A stretch of 64,000 bases of DNA. It comes from an uncultured Prochlorococcus sp. GTDB lineage: Bacteria > Cyanobacteriota > Cyanobacteriia > PCC-6307 > Cyanobiaceae. The notes below the pieces were generated by a model, which was not told the origin of the DNA, ran no database searches, and saw only the letters and a list, made by a program, of their open reading frames with translations. The stretch covers positions 4,630-68,629 of the forward strand of contig CACFCB010000004.1 of the NCBI GenBank assembly GCA_902564695.1, read 5' to 3'. Below, in pieces: positions 54,519 through 64,000 of this stretch (position 1 is its first letter; every line of letters begins with the position of its first letter). Made by a program: the position numbers and the translations under genes.

Positions 54519-55559
54519 TCAGCTTGGTATTCCAAGAATATCAATATGATTAGATTTATCGGGACTTTCAACAACTTTTCCAATATTCCAGGCTTCAAAA
54601 CCACTTTCATTAATAATTTCTAAAGTGTTATTAACTACATTTTTAGGAACAATTAGACAAAAACCTATACCCATATTAAACGTATTCCAAAGATCTATTT
54701 CAGGGATATCTCCAGCATTTCTTAACCAATCAAATATTTCAGATATTACCCAACTAGTTATATCAATATGTGGTATTAATCCAGATGGAAAAATTCTGGG
54801 GAGATTCTCTGGCAATCCTCCGCCTGTTATATGGGTCATCCCATGAATTGGTAATTTTTCTCTCAACAATTTCCCAACAAGTTGAGCATATATTGCTGTC
54901 GGTTCTAATAAAGATTTAATCAAATTATCTTGACTCCTCCCATATTGAGTCCCTTCATTAGCATTTGCCATGGCAAGAACTTTGCGAACAAGACTAAAGC
55001 CATTGCTATGAATTCCGTTGCTTTTAATACCAATAATTTGATCTTCGGTATTAATTTGAGTACCATCAATTAGATCACCATTTTCAACAATACCAACACA
55101 AAATCCTGCAAGATCGTATCTTCCATTGGGATAAAAACCTGGCATTTCAGCAGTTTCACCTCCCAATAGAGAACAATCAGATTGATTGCATCCCTCTGCA
55201 ATCCCTTCTATCACTTCAGCCAAATCATCGGGTGTCAGAGTTCCGCTTGCAATGTAATCGAGAAAAAATAAAGGTCTAGCGCCATTAGTTATCACATCAT
55301 TAACGCACATTGCAACAAGATCTATTCCAACTCCAAAATGAAATCCATACTGCTGAGCTAGATCTAATTTTGTGCCGACACCATCGGTTCCAGATACCAA
55401 TACTGGACTTTCATATCCCTTTGGGATTTTTATGCATCCCCCAAATCCACCTAGTCCTCCAATTACTTCGCTTTTATGAGTTTTTTCAACGCATGATTTA
55501 ATTCTCTCCACAAAAGCTCTTCCAGCAGTAACATCAACTCCCGCAGTTTTGTAATCCAT
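54519..55559 (-). CDS. purM: Phosphoribosylformylglycinamidine cyclo-ligase
   Basis: [42 protein letters not shown]. Confidence 0.97.
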   Translation of the reverse strand: MDYKTAGVDVTAGRAFVERIKSCVEKTHKSEVIGGLGGFGGCIKIPKGYESPVLVSGTDGVGTKLDLAQQYGFHFGVGIDLVAMCVNDVITNGARPLFFLDYIASGTLTPDDLAEVIEGIAEGCNQSDCSLLGGETAEMPGFYPNGRYDLAGFCVGIVENGDLIDGTQINTEDQIIGIKSNGIHSNGFSLVRKVLAMANANEGTQYGRSQDNLIKSLLEPTAIYAQLVGKLLREKLPIHGMTHITGGGLPENLPRIFPSGLIPHIDITSWVISEIFDWLRNAGDIPEIDLWNTFNMGIGFCLIVPKNVVNNTLEIINESGFEAWNIGKVVESPDKSNHIDILGIPS

Positions 55560-55668
55560 CAGTAAAAACCTTTCTTTTTCAACATGACTGAATTCTCATA
55601 TGAAGTTCCATATGGCATCAGTATGCAATCAACCTATTTGATTTCAATCATAAGTTCATGAAATTAAT

Positions 55669-57234
55669 TTGTTTAATAACATAGTGGTAAAAGAAATCTT
55701 CCAAACAAATGCTGAATTAAAAGCTTGGCTCATTGAACAAAATTCAGCCATCATTTTCGTCCCAACAATGGGAGGACTTCATCCTGGACACCAATACTTA
55801 ATAAGAAAAGCTAAAGACAAGACAAGCAAAAGAAAGCAAATAGTACTGGTAAGTATTTTTGTAAATCGATTGCAATTTGGTAAGGACGAAGACTTCGAAA
55901 GATACCCTAGGAATATAGAAAAAGATGCTGAATTAGCGCTAAAGGCAGGCGCAGATGCAGTCTGGGCTCCAAATCATGAAGAGATTTTCCCAGGAGGAGA
56001 AGATTCTCATTTTAAAATTCAAGTTCCTCAAATATTGCATAATCAATTATGTGGTGCAGAGAGAAAAGGTCATTTTGACGGTGTTGCAACAATTATTATG
56101 CGTCTAATTAGAATTATCAAACCAAAAAAAATTATATTAGGGGAAAAAGATTGGCAACAATTAATTATTATTAGAAAACTATTTGAAGAGCTTTCTATAC
56201 CCATCAAAATTAAATCCCTACCTACACAAAGAGATGAAAGTGGATTTGCATATAGTTCTAGGAATTCTTATCTAAGCAATACTGAAAAATTAAATGCCCT
56301 CTCTTTACCTAAGGCAATTCAAGAAGCTAAAAATGAATTTGAGAAAACTAAAGTAATCCATCTAAAAAAGATTGCCTCAAAACTTAAACAAAACAACCTG
56401 AAAATTGAATATATAAAAATTGTTGATGCATTTTCACTGAAAGAAAGAGAAAATATAAGTGGGATGTGTCTTTTAGCCGCAGCCGTAAAATGTGGTGAAA
56501 CAAGACTAATTGATCACACTTTTCTTATGCAACGCAAACCAATTATTGCAATTGACGGTCCGGCCGGAGCTGGTAAAAGCACAATAACAAAAGAATTTTC
56601 CAAAAGACTTGGATTAATTTATCTTGATACTGGAGCAATGTATCGAGCAGCCACTTGGTTAATACAAAGCAAATCGATTGACCCGAATAATGAAGTTGAA
56701 ATCAAAAATATCTTAAAAGATTCAAAATTAGAGTTTAAAAATTCAAATATAGTTGAACAAAGAATATTTATTAATAACACTGACGTAACTGAAAAAATAA
56801 GATCTCCTGAAGTAACTTCTATAGTTTCTATAATTGCCAAACAAAAATTTGTGAGAGAATTACTCACAACTCAACAACAATTAATTGGAAGCGATGGAGG
56901 AATAGTTGCTGAAGGAAGAGATATTGGAACAGCTGTTTTTCCAAATGCAGATGTAAAGATTTTTCTAACAGCTTCTTCAAAAGAGAGGGCAAAAAGAAGA
57001 TCTCTTGATTTACACAAAAGAGGTTATACATATTCCAGTATTGAAGATCTTGAAAAAGAAATTCAAAAAAGAGATAAAGATGATAGTCAAAGAGAAATTG
57101 CACCTTTAAAAAGAGCAAATGATGCAATCGATCTATTTACTGATGGCATGAATATTGAAAATGTTTTGGAAGAACTCACTGATATTTTCAGATCCAAGAT
57201 TCCAGAAGAAGTGTGGCCTACCCCTAATCTATAA
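55669..57234 (+). CDS. panC/cmk: Bifunctional pantoate--beta-alanine ligase / cytidylate kinase
   Basis: VPTMGGLHPGH, GEKDWQQ, SSRN, RLIDH, then IDGPAGAGKST, LDTGAMYR, EGRDIG. Confidence 0.96.
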   Translation: MFNNIVVKEIFQTNAELKAWLIEQNSAIIFVPTMGGLHPGHQYLIRKAKDKTSKRKQIVLVSIFVNRLQFGKDEDFERYPRNIEKDAELALKAGADAVWAPNHEEIFPGGEDSHFKIQVPQILHNQLCGAERKGHFDGVATIIMRLIRIIKPKKIILGEKDWQQLIIIRKLFEELSIPIKIKSLPTQRDESGFAYSSRNSYLSNTEKLNALSLPKAIQEAKNEFEKTKVIHLKKIASKLKQNNLKIEYIKIVDAFSLKERENISGMCLLAAAVKCGETRLIDHTFLMQRKPIIAIDGPAGAGKSTITKEFSKRLGLIYLDTGAMYRAATWLIQSKSIDPNNEVEIKNILKDSKLEFKNSNIVEQRIFINNTDVTEKIRSPEVTSIVSIIAKQKFVRELLTTQQQLIGSDGGIVAEGRDIGTAVFPNADVKIFLTASSKERAKRRSLDLHKRGYTYSSIEDLEKEIQKRDKDDSQREIAPLKRANDAIDLFTDGMNIENVLEELTDIFRSKIPEEVWPTPNL

Positions 57235-57697
57235 GGCTTTCGATGAGTCCATCAATAGCATCATCAAGCAAGTCTAAAACCTTATCAAATCCGTTTTGAC
57301 CTCCATAATAGGGATCAGGAACTTCATCTATTTGAAATTTATTTGAATAACTCAAAATCAATTTTATTTTAGTGCTTATAGGAAATGATTTATCTTTAAT
57401 TAATGATTTAACATTTTGAAGATTCTCTCTATCCATAACAAGAATATAATCAAATTCATAAAGATCTTGTTCAACAATTTGCCTAGATCTACTAGTAAGT
57501 TCTATTCCTCTGACTAGGGCAGTTTCTCGCATTCTTGGATCAGCAAGATTCCCAACATGCCAGTTCCCTGTACCTGCAGAGTCAACGAAAAAATACTGTT
57601 CTAAATTTCTCTCTTTGATTTTTTGGTTAAATACACCTTCAGCGGCTGGCGAACGACAAATGTTACCTAAACAAACAAAAAGAATTTTTTTTATCAT
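57224..57697 (-). CDS. Low-molecular-weight protein tyrosine phosphatase
   Basis: VCLGNICRSP, DPYYG. Confidence 0.95.
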   Translation of the reverse strand: MIKKILFVCLGNICRSPAAEGVFNQKIKERNLEQYFFVDSAGTGNWHVGNLADPRMRETALVRGIELTSRSRQIVEQDLYEFDYILVMDRENLQNVKSLIKDKSFPISTKIKLILSYSNKFQIDEVPDPYYGGQNGFDKVLDLLDDAIDGLIESLID

Positions 57698-57714
57698 TTT
57701 TTTTAAGTTTGGTT

Positions 57715-58491
57715 TTACTTTAAATCAAAAAGAATATTATTTATATAACTTTCAGTCCAAAGACTCCCAAAAAAACCTCTTAACATTCCTCTCGCAGGAT
57801 CCTTTTCAGCTCTATAACGCATATAGCTTTTTTGGCCACACAAAATTTTCATAGATCTTTCTTTAGAAATTATTTCTGAATTCTGGACTAATTCCACGAA
57901 AAAGCTCAAGTAATCATTAAAAGCAGGTTTAATAATTTGATCAATTAATCTATCTCCTTCATCACCTAAGGGAATTCTAGACCAAAGGAATCCTGGAGAA
58001 AAATATTGTCTTGCCTCCATAGGTATTTCTCCTCCAAATGGAAGATCAGACTGCCAATTTGAATGTAAAGTTTTTAATTTTTCCCATACATGTTGATTAT
58101 GTTTTTCATCATTTTTCAAAGCGGGTTGTAGATCTATTGCAATCAAATGTCCACCTGGAAGTGTTACAAAATCAGCTCCGAAGAAAGGGAGTTCATAATT
58201 ATTAAGAGGAGAAATCACTAAATTCATTATAGAAGTATTCTTCCCAGCCTGAACGCATGCACACCTAGCTTTTCTAATTCTATCTGACTTGAAACCCCAT
58301 GTTTCTACAATAACTTTTTTTGGATTGCGAATTGATCCAACAAAACATTCTTTAAAAAGAAAATCTTTATCAATTGGAAAAGGGTTAGGATTGAATACAG
58401 AAGAAGCCTTAACTGTACTATCTAAAAAATAAGCCCAACGCCAATTAGCAATAGATACGGGGTCAAGACTATTAAGTCGTATTCCTGTCAT
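57715..58491 (-). CDS. pebB: Phycoerythrobilin:ferredoxin oxidoreductase
   Basis: LPFFGADFVTLP.GHL.AIDLQP, YRAEKDPARGML; downstream of pebA. Confidence 0.92.
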   Translation of the reverse strand: MTGIRLNSLDPVSIANWRWAYFLDSTVKASSVFNPNPFPIDKDFLFKECFVGSIRNPKKVIVETWGFKSDRIRKARCACVQAGKNTSIMNLVISPLNNYELPFFGADFVTLPGGHLIAIDLQPALKNDEKHNQHVWEKLKTLHSNWQSDLPFGGEIPMEARQYFSPGFLWSRIPLGDEGDRLIDQIIKPAFNDYLSFFVELVQNSEIISKERSMKILCGQKSYMRYRAEKDPARGMLRGFFGSLWTESYINNILFDLK

Positions 58492-58499
58492 TTAATTTA

Positions 58500-59222
58500 C
58501 TAGGATAAAGGATTAACTTCTTCTAAACTCAAGGGGAATAAAAATTCTTTCATGTATTTTTCTGACCATTCTTTACCAAAAAAGCCAGAGAATAAACCAT
58601 GAGCAGGATCTTTTTCAGCACTATATTTATCATACTCTATATGCAATAAACGTACTCTTTCCGATTCAACTTTTTTATATAGATCTTGATTTAAATTAAA
58701 ATTTGCCCAATAACAGTTAAGGAAAGAACTAAAAACTTTTGGCAAAATATTAGTTGCTTCATTAGAGCCACCTTTGCAGAATAAAACCCATGGAGAAAAG
58801 TATTTACTTGGATCATATATGTTATTTTTAATATCAGAATTAAACTGAATAAAATATTCCTTAAGTTGTTTTAATCCAACAAAGTATCTTTCAAGATATT
58901 CTTGATCTTGTATTAGAGGTTGAAAGTCAAGAATAGCAACTAACTTTTGAGTTTTTTCAAACCACAAAAGATCGATACCCATAATTGGTATATCAATTTC
59001 AAATTGAGGATAGGCTACTGAATTTAATACTTGGAGACGATCTCCTGCATCAAGCCTTGTCACTCTCCATCTACGAAACTGAGGGACATCCCACAACCAA
59101 CTATTGATTTTACAATTTCCATTTTTTGATATGCATTCGCAAAATTGATTTGGCACAAACAATTCGTTACCACCATGATCACGAATATTTTCTGTCAACT
59201 CGTTTAAAAGGCTATCAAACAT
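58500..59222 (-). CDS. pebA: 15,16-dihydrobiliverdin:ferredoxin oxidoreductase
   Basis: FRRWRVTRLDAG..LQVLNSVAYP, DFQPL, YSAEKDPAHGLF. Confidence 0.93.
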   Translation of the reverse strand: MFDSLLNELTENIRDHGGNELFVPNQFCECISKNGNCKINSWLWDVPQFRRWRVTRLDAGDRLQVLNSVAYPQFEIDIPIMGIDLLWFEKTQKLVAILDFQPLIQDQEYLERYFVGLKQLKEYFIQFNSDIKNNIYDPSKYFSPWVLFCKGGSNEATNILPKVFSSFLNCYWANFNLNQDLYKKVESERVRLLHIEYDKYSAEKDPAHGLFSGFFGKEWSEKYMKEFLFPLSLEEVNPLS

Positions 59223-59379
59223 CTATACGAATCTCCCTAAAACTTTAAAAAAAAACTCTTCTTTGAGGCGATAGATTCAGTAAAAAAGAACAAAATAAAA
59301 GTTTTTTTTAATCTAAGTTATATCTTAATAGATACTGAATAGAAAAAAAGTAGTAGTTTAAAATAAAATATGAATTTAA

Positions 59380-60087
59380 TTACTCTGTACTACCTTTTCG
59401 CTTTTTACTAGCAAAAAATCTAAACAAGACCTTTCCTATAGCAGCAATTAAATTACCTTCCAATTCATTAAAAATGTCCATATTATATTTAAAGGATTTA
59501 TTAGCCTCTTCAACTATTGAATCTGCTATTTCTTGATCAATAGGAAGAGAATCCAATGTATTTCTATACTTAGTTTTAAACTCTTTCTCATCTCTTATTT
59601 TTTCAAAAATATAAAAACTAAGGCCCTCATCATCTTTAAGACTCATTGCTTTTTTAGTAATTGTTTTCAAAAGCTGTCCACCTGACAAGTCCCCTATGTA
59701 CCTGCTGTAATGATGTCCAATTAAAAGTTCAGGATTGTCTTTTGCTATTTCCTTAATTCGTGAAACATATTCAAGAGCTGGTTTAGAAGGTTTCAACATT
59801 TCAGACCAATTGTTACCAAAGTAAAACAATAAATCTTGTTCCAATTTTTTCTTTCGAAAGAGCTCTTTAAACCCAATTGGAGAAATGACAGGATGAGCTT
59901 TTTCACAGAGTTTTTCTATCTCTTCCTCCATAGCAGAATAAACAAAATATAAATCTGCTAATAAATTTCTGTAAGAAGATTTATCAACAACTCCCTTGAG
60001 AAAACAACTAATGAAACCAGTATTTTCAGCCATCGTATGGGACTTTTTAGTCCCTTCACGAAGTTGCCTAGATAAGGCTACTGCCAT
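59380..60087 (-). CDS. ho1: Heme oxygenase
   Basis: LREGTKKSHTMAE, HHYSRYIGDLSGGQ. Confidence 0.95.
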   Translation of the reverse strand: MAVALSRQLREGTKKSHTMAENTGFISCFLKGVVDKSSYRNLLADLYFVYSAMEEEIEKLCEKAHPVISPIGFKELFRKKKLEQDLLFYFGNNWSEMLKPSKPALEYVSRIKEIAKDNPELLIGHHYSRYIGDLSGGQLLKTITKKAMSLKDDEGLSFYIFEKIRDEKEFKTKYRNTLDSLPIDQEIADSIVEEANKSFKYNMDIFNELEGNLIAAIGKVLFRFFASKKRKGSTE

Positions 60088-60166
60088 GAGTTCAAAATCA
60101 TTTAATCAAAACTTACCACTTAGTCATAGGCTCATCATGTGATCGTTTAATCGTTGAATAAAAATT

Positions 60167-61591
60167 ATGGCAAATTTTGAGAAGCTAGTTGCTCCATCCC
60201 AAGGAAAAGCAATTAGTTTTGCAGATGGGAGCCCAGTAGTTCCTGACCATCCAATAATTCCTTTTATCCGAGGGGATGGAACAGGAATAGATATATGGCC
60301 TGCTACACAATTAGTCATTGATAAAGCTGTTGAGAAGGCTTACGGTAAAAATCGATCAATTGAATGGTTTAAAATTTACGCAGGAGATGAAGCTTGTGAT
60401 TTATATGGAACCTATCAATACTTGCCAAACGATACTCTTGAAGCAATAAGAACCTATGGAATAGCAATTAAAGGTCCTTTAACTACCCCTGTAGGCGGAG
60501 GTATAAGATCTTTAAATGTATCTCTAAGGCAAATATTTGATCTCTATTCATGCGTTAGGCCATGTAAATACTACAAAGGCACCCCAAGCCCGCACAAAAA
60601 GCCAGAGGACTTAGATGTAATCGTTTATCGAGAGAACACAGAAGATATTTACATGGGTATCGAATGGGAAGCAAATGATCCTGAGTGCGTAAAATTGATC
60701 GAAGAACTCAATAATCAAATAATTCCAGCCAGTGAAAAATTAAAAAATAGACAAATCCCTAGTGGTTCTGGTATTGGAATTAAACCTGTAAGTAAAATTG
60801 GAAGTCAAAGACATATAAGAAGAGCAATCAAACATGCTTTAACCCTTCAGGGCAAAAAAAGACATGTTACCCTTGTGCACAAGGGTAACATTATGAAATT
60901 TACTGAAGGAGCTTTCAGAGATTGGGGATATGAATTAGCAACCACAGAATTTAGAAACGTATGCGTAACCGAGAGAGAAAGCTGGGTTCTTGATAATGTC
61001 GACAAAAATCCAAATATCTCCTTGGAAGAAAATGCTCAATTAATAGAGCCTGGTTATGCATCTTTAACCGAAGAAAAAAAGAAAGGTATTTGCGATGAAG
61101 TTTTTTCAGTTATCAAAAATATTGGTCAGAGTCATGGTAATAAAAAATGGAAGAAAATGATTATGGTTGATGACCGAATCGCAGATAGTATTTTCCAACA
61201 AATTCAAACTCGTCCTCAAGAATATTCCATACTTGCAACTTTAAATCTAAATGGTGATTACATTTCGGATGCAGCTGCTGCAATTGTTGGCGGCCTAGGG
61301 ATGGCACCAGGCGCAAACATTGGAGATAATGCAGCTATTTTCGAAGCTACCCATGGAACAGCTCCAAAACATGCAGGCTTGGACAAAATAAATCCAGGTT
61401 CAGTAATACTTAGTGGAGTTATGATGCTGGAATATTTAGGTTGGAATGAGGCAGCAACATTAATTACAAATGGATTGAGCAAATCTATTTCAGAAAAACA
61501 AGTTACTTACGATCTGGCACGATTAATGGAACCACCCGTAGAGCCTCTGAGTTGTAGTGATTTTGCTAAATCAATAATTGAAAGATTTTAA
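60167..61591 (+). CDS. icd: NADP-dependent isocitrate dehydrogenase
   Basis: GDGTGIDI, IKGPLTTPVGGGIRSLN, VHKGNIMK, FEATHGTAPK. Confidence 0.97.
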   Translation: MANFEKLVAPSQGKAISFADGSPVVPDHPIIPFIRGDGTGIDIWPATQLVIDKAVEKAYGKNRSIEWFKIYAGDEACDLYGTYQYLPNDTLEAIRTYGIAIKGPLTTPVGGGIRSLNVSLRQIFDLYSCVRPCKYYKGTPSPHKKPEDLDVIVYRENTEDIYMGIEWEANDPECVKLIEELNNQIIPASEKLKNRQIPSGSGIGIKPVSKIGSQRHIRRAIKHALTLQGKKRHVTLVHKGNIMKFTEGAFRDWGYELATTEFRNVCVTERESWVLDNVDKNPNISLEENAQLIEPGYASLTEEKKKGICDEVFSVIKNIGQSHGNKKWKKMIMVDDRIADSIFQQIQTRPQEYSILATLNLNGDYISDAAAAIVGGLGMAPGANIGDNAAIFEATHGTAPKHAGLDKINPGSVILSGVMMLEYLGWNEAATLITNGLSKSISEKQVTYDLARLMEPPVEPLSCSDFAKSIIERF

Positions 61592-61619
61592 TTAAATATT
61601 TTTTAAATTCTTTAAACTA

Positions 61620-62972
61620 TTAAGAATTTAACTGCATTAATTGAAATGATTCTAGAAGTGTTTTCTCGCTGCCTAGATTACCTGGGAAAGTAATTACTGG
61701 CAAATCAGATTGATTAGAATTACTTGTTACTATTGACAACCCTGGTAATATTTGGCCTTGTAAATCTACTTGATTAAAATTCAATCCCTTTTGAAGCAAG
61801 AGTTGTGTTGTAATACCTCCTTTACTAATAATATAACCAAACTTATTGTTTATTTTTCCAACTAGAATTGCCATAAACTCTGCAAGTTCTAGACCAAAAT
61901 TCATTCTTTTAAAGGAAGAAGAAAACTTCATTTCCTCTCGAGTAGTATATAAAACAGGTATTTTTTTCATTTCCAAAATTTTATCTATTTTCGAGAATAA
62001 GATTTCCTCCATCTTTAAGATTTCCTCTTGAGAATCTAATAAAGAAAAAATATCAGCTAATTTACTGACTGGAATTTCCAAACCTTCACAAGAATCATCT
62101 TCCAATAAAACCTCTAATTGGTCTGTCGCTAATTTCACATGGGAGCCAACTATTATCAAACCTGGCTTATATTGAAACTGATTATTTTTCGATTTTAAAG
62201 AAATTAAATCTGCATTATTTTGCGGGTTAGGTGGTAATGCAGATAAAGACTTGATAAAGCTTGCTGCTGTTCTGAAAAGAAATCTTTTTTCTTTAGAAAC
62301 TACTTTAATCGCCCTAGCTAGTGTTTCTAAATGATGAGGTAATCTAGCGTCTACAACTACTGAAATATTATTTTCTAATTTAGACAAAAAGCTTAAAAGA
62401 GAATTAAAGCCATCTTCATTATTAAAAGCTATCTCTAATTGTTTAATTTTAACGTGCAATATATTTTCCGCCTGTATCTGTCCCAAACTTTTTTCTTCAA
62501 TCCATTTAGCTAAATCACTAGTAGAAAAACCAAACATATTATCACGACCAAAATCAGTCTTATGAACTGGTATTCCATTTAAATAATGAATACCATTTTC
62601 AGTTGTTCTTCCACCTTCTAAAAAAGCTGGAATGTGAAAAGTTGCATGAAATGGTCCTAATTCTTCAGCAAGAATTGCCGGCTCCAAAAAACCATGACCA
62701 CGTAATGTTGAATCACCTCTACTAATATAAAAATAATCATCTTTGGAAAATCCTTTTATTAAAAAAAATCTCTTAATAGATGAGCATATTTCTCTGGTTT
62801 TCTTAACAGCCAAAACAGAAGATAAAGATCTTGTGTTCGCAAGAATAAATATTAAAGGCGAAGATTTTGCAAATGCTTTCTCTAGAGTTTGTGCATCCCA
62901 ATTTAATAACAATGGGCATCCATAAACTGTTTGAGATCCAGTTGGATCATCATCAAAAATAATTATCTTCAT
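61620..62972 (-). CDS. Four-carbon acid sugar kinase family protein (DUF1537)
   Basis: DDDPTGSQ, RGDSTLRGH, PAF..GGRTT, SKGGITT, FPGNLG. Confidence 0.88.
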   Translation of the reverse strand: MKIIIFDDDPTGSQTVYGCPLLLNWDAQTLEKAFAKSSPLIFILANTRSLSSVLAVKKTREICSSIKRFFLIKGFSKDDYFYISRGDSTLRGHGFLEPAILAEELGPFHATFHIPAFLEGGRTTENGIHYLNGIPVHKTDFGRDNMFGFSTSDLAKWIEEKSLGQIQAENILHVKIKQLEIAFNNEDGFNSLLSFLSKLENNISVVVDARLPHHLETLARAIKVVSKEKRFLFRTAASFIKSLSALPPNPQNNADLISLKSKNNQFQYKPGLIIVGSHVKLATDQLEVLLEDDSCEGLEIPVSKLADIFSLLDSQEEILKMEEILFSKIDKILEMKKIPVLYTTREEMKFSSSFKRMNFGLELAEFMAILVGKINNKFGYIISKGGITTQLLLQKGLNFNQVDLQGQILPGLSIVTSNSNQSDLPVITFPGNLGSEKTLLESFQLMQLNS

Positions 62973-63002
62973 AAAAAATTAATCTATTGTTTTATCCAAA
63001 AT

Positions 63003-64000
63003 TTATTCGAATCTCTCCCAACTTTCAGGAACTTGAATATAAGATTTATTTAAATCGGCAACAGACCCACAACCTAATAGTTTCATAGTTCTCACGATAT
63101 CTGTTTGAAGAATTTCTATTGCTCTGGCAACGCCTTTACCTCCTGCAGCAGCAAGTCCATATGCATAGGCTCTACCTATCAAAACCCCTTTAGCGCCAAG
63201 ACATAATGCTTTAACGACATCACTACCCCTGCGAATACCTCCATCTAACAACACCTCTATTTTTCCATCAACTGCAGCTAAAATTTCGGGCAAAACACGG
63301 ATAGTGGGAGCAACGCTATCAAGCTGCCTAGCTCCATGATTAGAAATAACGATCGCATCAGCGCCTAGCTCGGCCGCTTTCTTTGCGTCATCCCCAATAT
63401 GTATACCCTTAACTATAATTTTCCCACCCCACGCTTCGCGTATCCATTGAAGGTCCTCCCAAGTAACAACTGATTTCTCTAAGGCAGGACCAATTGCCGT
63501 GTATCCCATAGGGCCATTATCGAGTTGAACATTTGGAAAACTCATTAAGCCTCCATCAGTTAACCATTGAGTCATCCAGCATGGTTTAACTAATATCTGA
63601 GGGATATAAGGCAACATCTCAAAAGGATTCATCGATAAAAGCTGTTGAGTTCCTGATCGCATATCTCTTTCCCTTAAGCCAGACACTGGAGTATCAATAG
63701 TTACAACTATTGCCGAGAATCCTGCTTCTTTAGCTCTAGCAATTGTTTTCAAAGCGACTTCTTTACCACCAAGTAAATAAAGCTGATACCAAGCTGGCCC
63801 ATTTGTCGCCGCTTTAACATCTTCTAATAAACAACCAGAGAGAGTAGACAATGTATATCCAGTTCCAGCTTTTCCTGCCTCTCTAGCCGCAACAACCTCT
63901 CCTTGGGGATAAAACATTCTGCTACTCCCTACTGGTCCCAATAAGAAAGGAAGTTGAAATTTCTGATCTAAAACAGATATTCCAAGATCACAAGATGGAA
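63003..64000 (-). CDS. FMN-dependent alpha-hydroxy acid dehydrogenase (LldD/glycolate oxidase family); 5' end lies beyond the window
   Basis: WYQLY, VTIDTP, SNHGARQLD, DGGIRRGSDV.KAL.LGA; the frame stays open to position 64000. Confidence 0.92.
   Translation of the reverse strand, partial: PSCDLGISVLDQKFQLPFLLGPVGSSRMFYPQGEVVAAREAGKAGTGYTLSTLSGCLLEDVKAATNGPAWYQLYLLGGKEVALKTIARAKEAGFSAIVVTIDTPVSGLRERDMRSGTQQLLSMNPFEMLPYIPQILVKPCWMTQWLTDGGLMSFPNVQLDNGPMGYTAIGPALEKSVVTWEDLQWIREAWGGKIIVKGIHIGDDAKKAAELGADAIVISNHGARQLDSVAPTIRVLPEILAAVDGKIEVLLDGGIRRGSDVVKALCLGAKGVLIGRAYAYGLAAAGGKGVARAIEILQTDIVRTMKLLGCGSVADLNKSYIQVPESWERFE

Noticed and set aside
55669-57234. panC-cmk fusion as a novelty
   Set aside because: A known fusion typical of cyanobacteria.
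57715-60087. ho1-pebA-pebB cluster as phage-derived auxiliary genes
   Set aside because: This is the standard host arrangement; phages carry pebS or pcyA with ho1, and there is no phage context here.

Overview
AT-rich marine picocyanobacterial chromosome segment. Gene content and order (pebA-pebB-ho1, ldpA, ndhN, psaD, fused panC/cmk, Zn-free L36) point to Prochlorococcus, probably a low-light clade (inference). About 97% of the window is core genome: alr, prfA, the S10-spc-alpha ribosomal protein cluster (rplC to rpmE, minus strand), recA, tyrA, crtD, a JAB protein plus moeB, cobO, larE, speD, recF, ppc, gshA, trpE, psaD, hik2, rodA, mrp, hemF, rnd, purM, panC/cmk, peb genes, icd and four tRNAs (Ser-GCT, Gln-TTG, Arg-CCG, Cys-GCA). 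The most interesting part is the first 1.65 kb, which looks like the end of a genomic island abutting the 3' end of tRNA-Ser(GCT). It holds a secreted His-rich glycine-zipper protein, a candidate structured ncRNA, and a promoter with a LexA-type box nearly identical to the recA one. That promoter is followed by a terminator-like leader hairpin, a Cys-rich small protein and a membrane-anchored Rho_N-like protein. Next to the tRNA are 10-bp-phased repeats resembling integrase arm sites. No integrase, transposase, CRISPR array or rRNA was seen. All family assignments come from motif recognition, not database searches.
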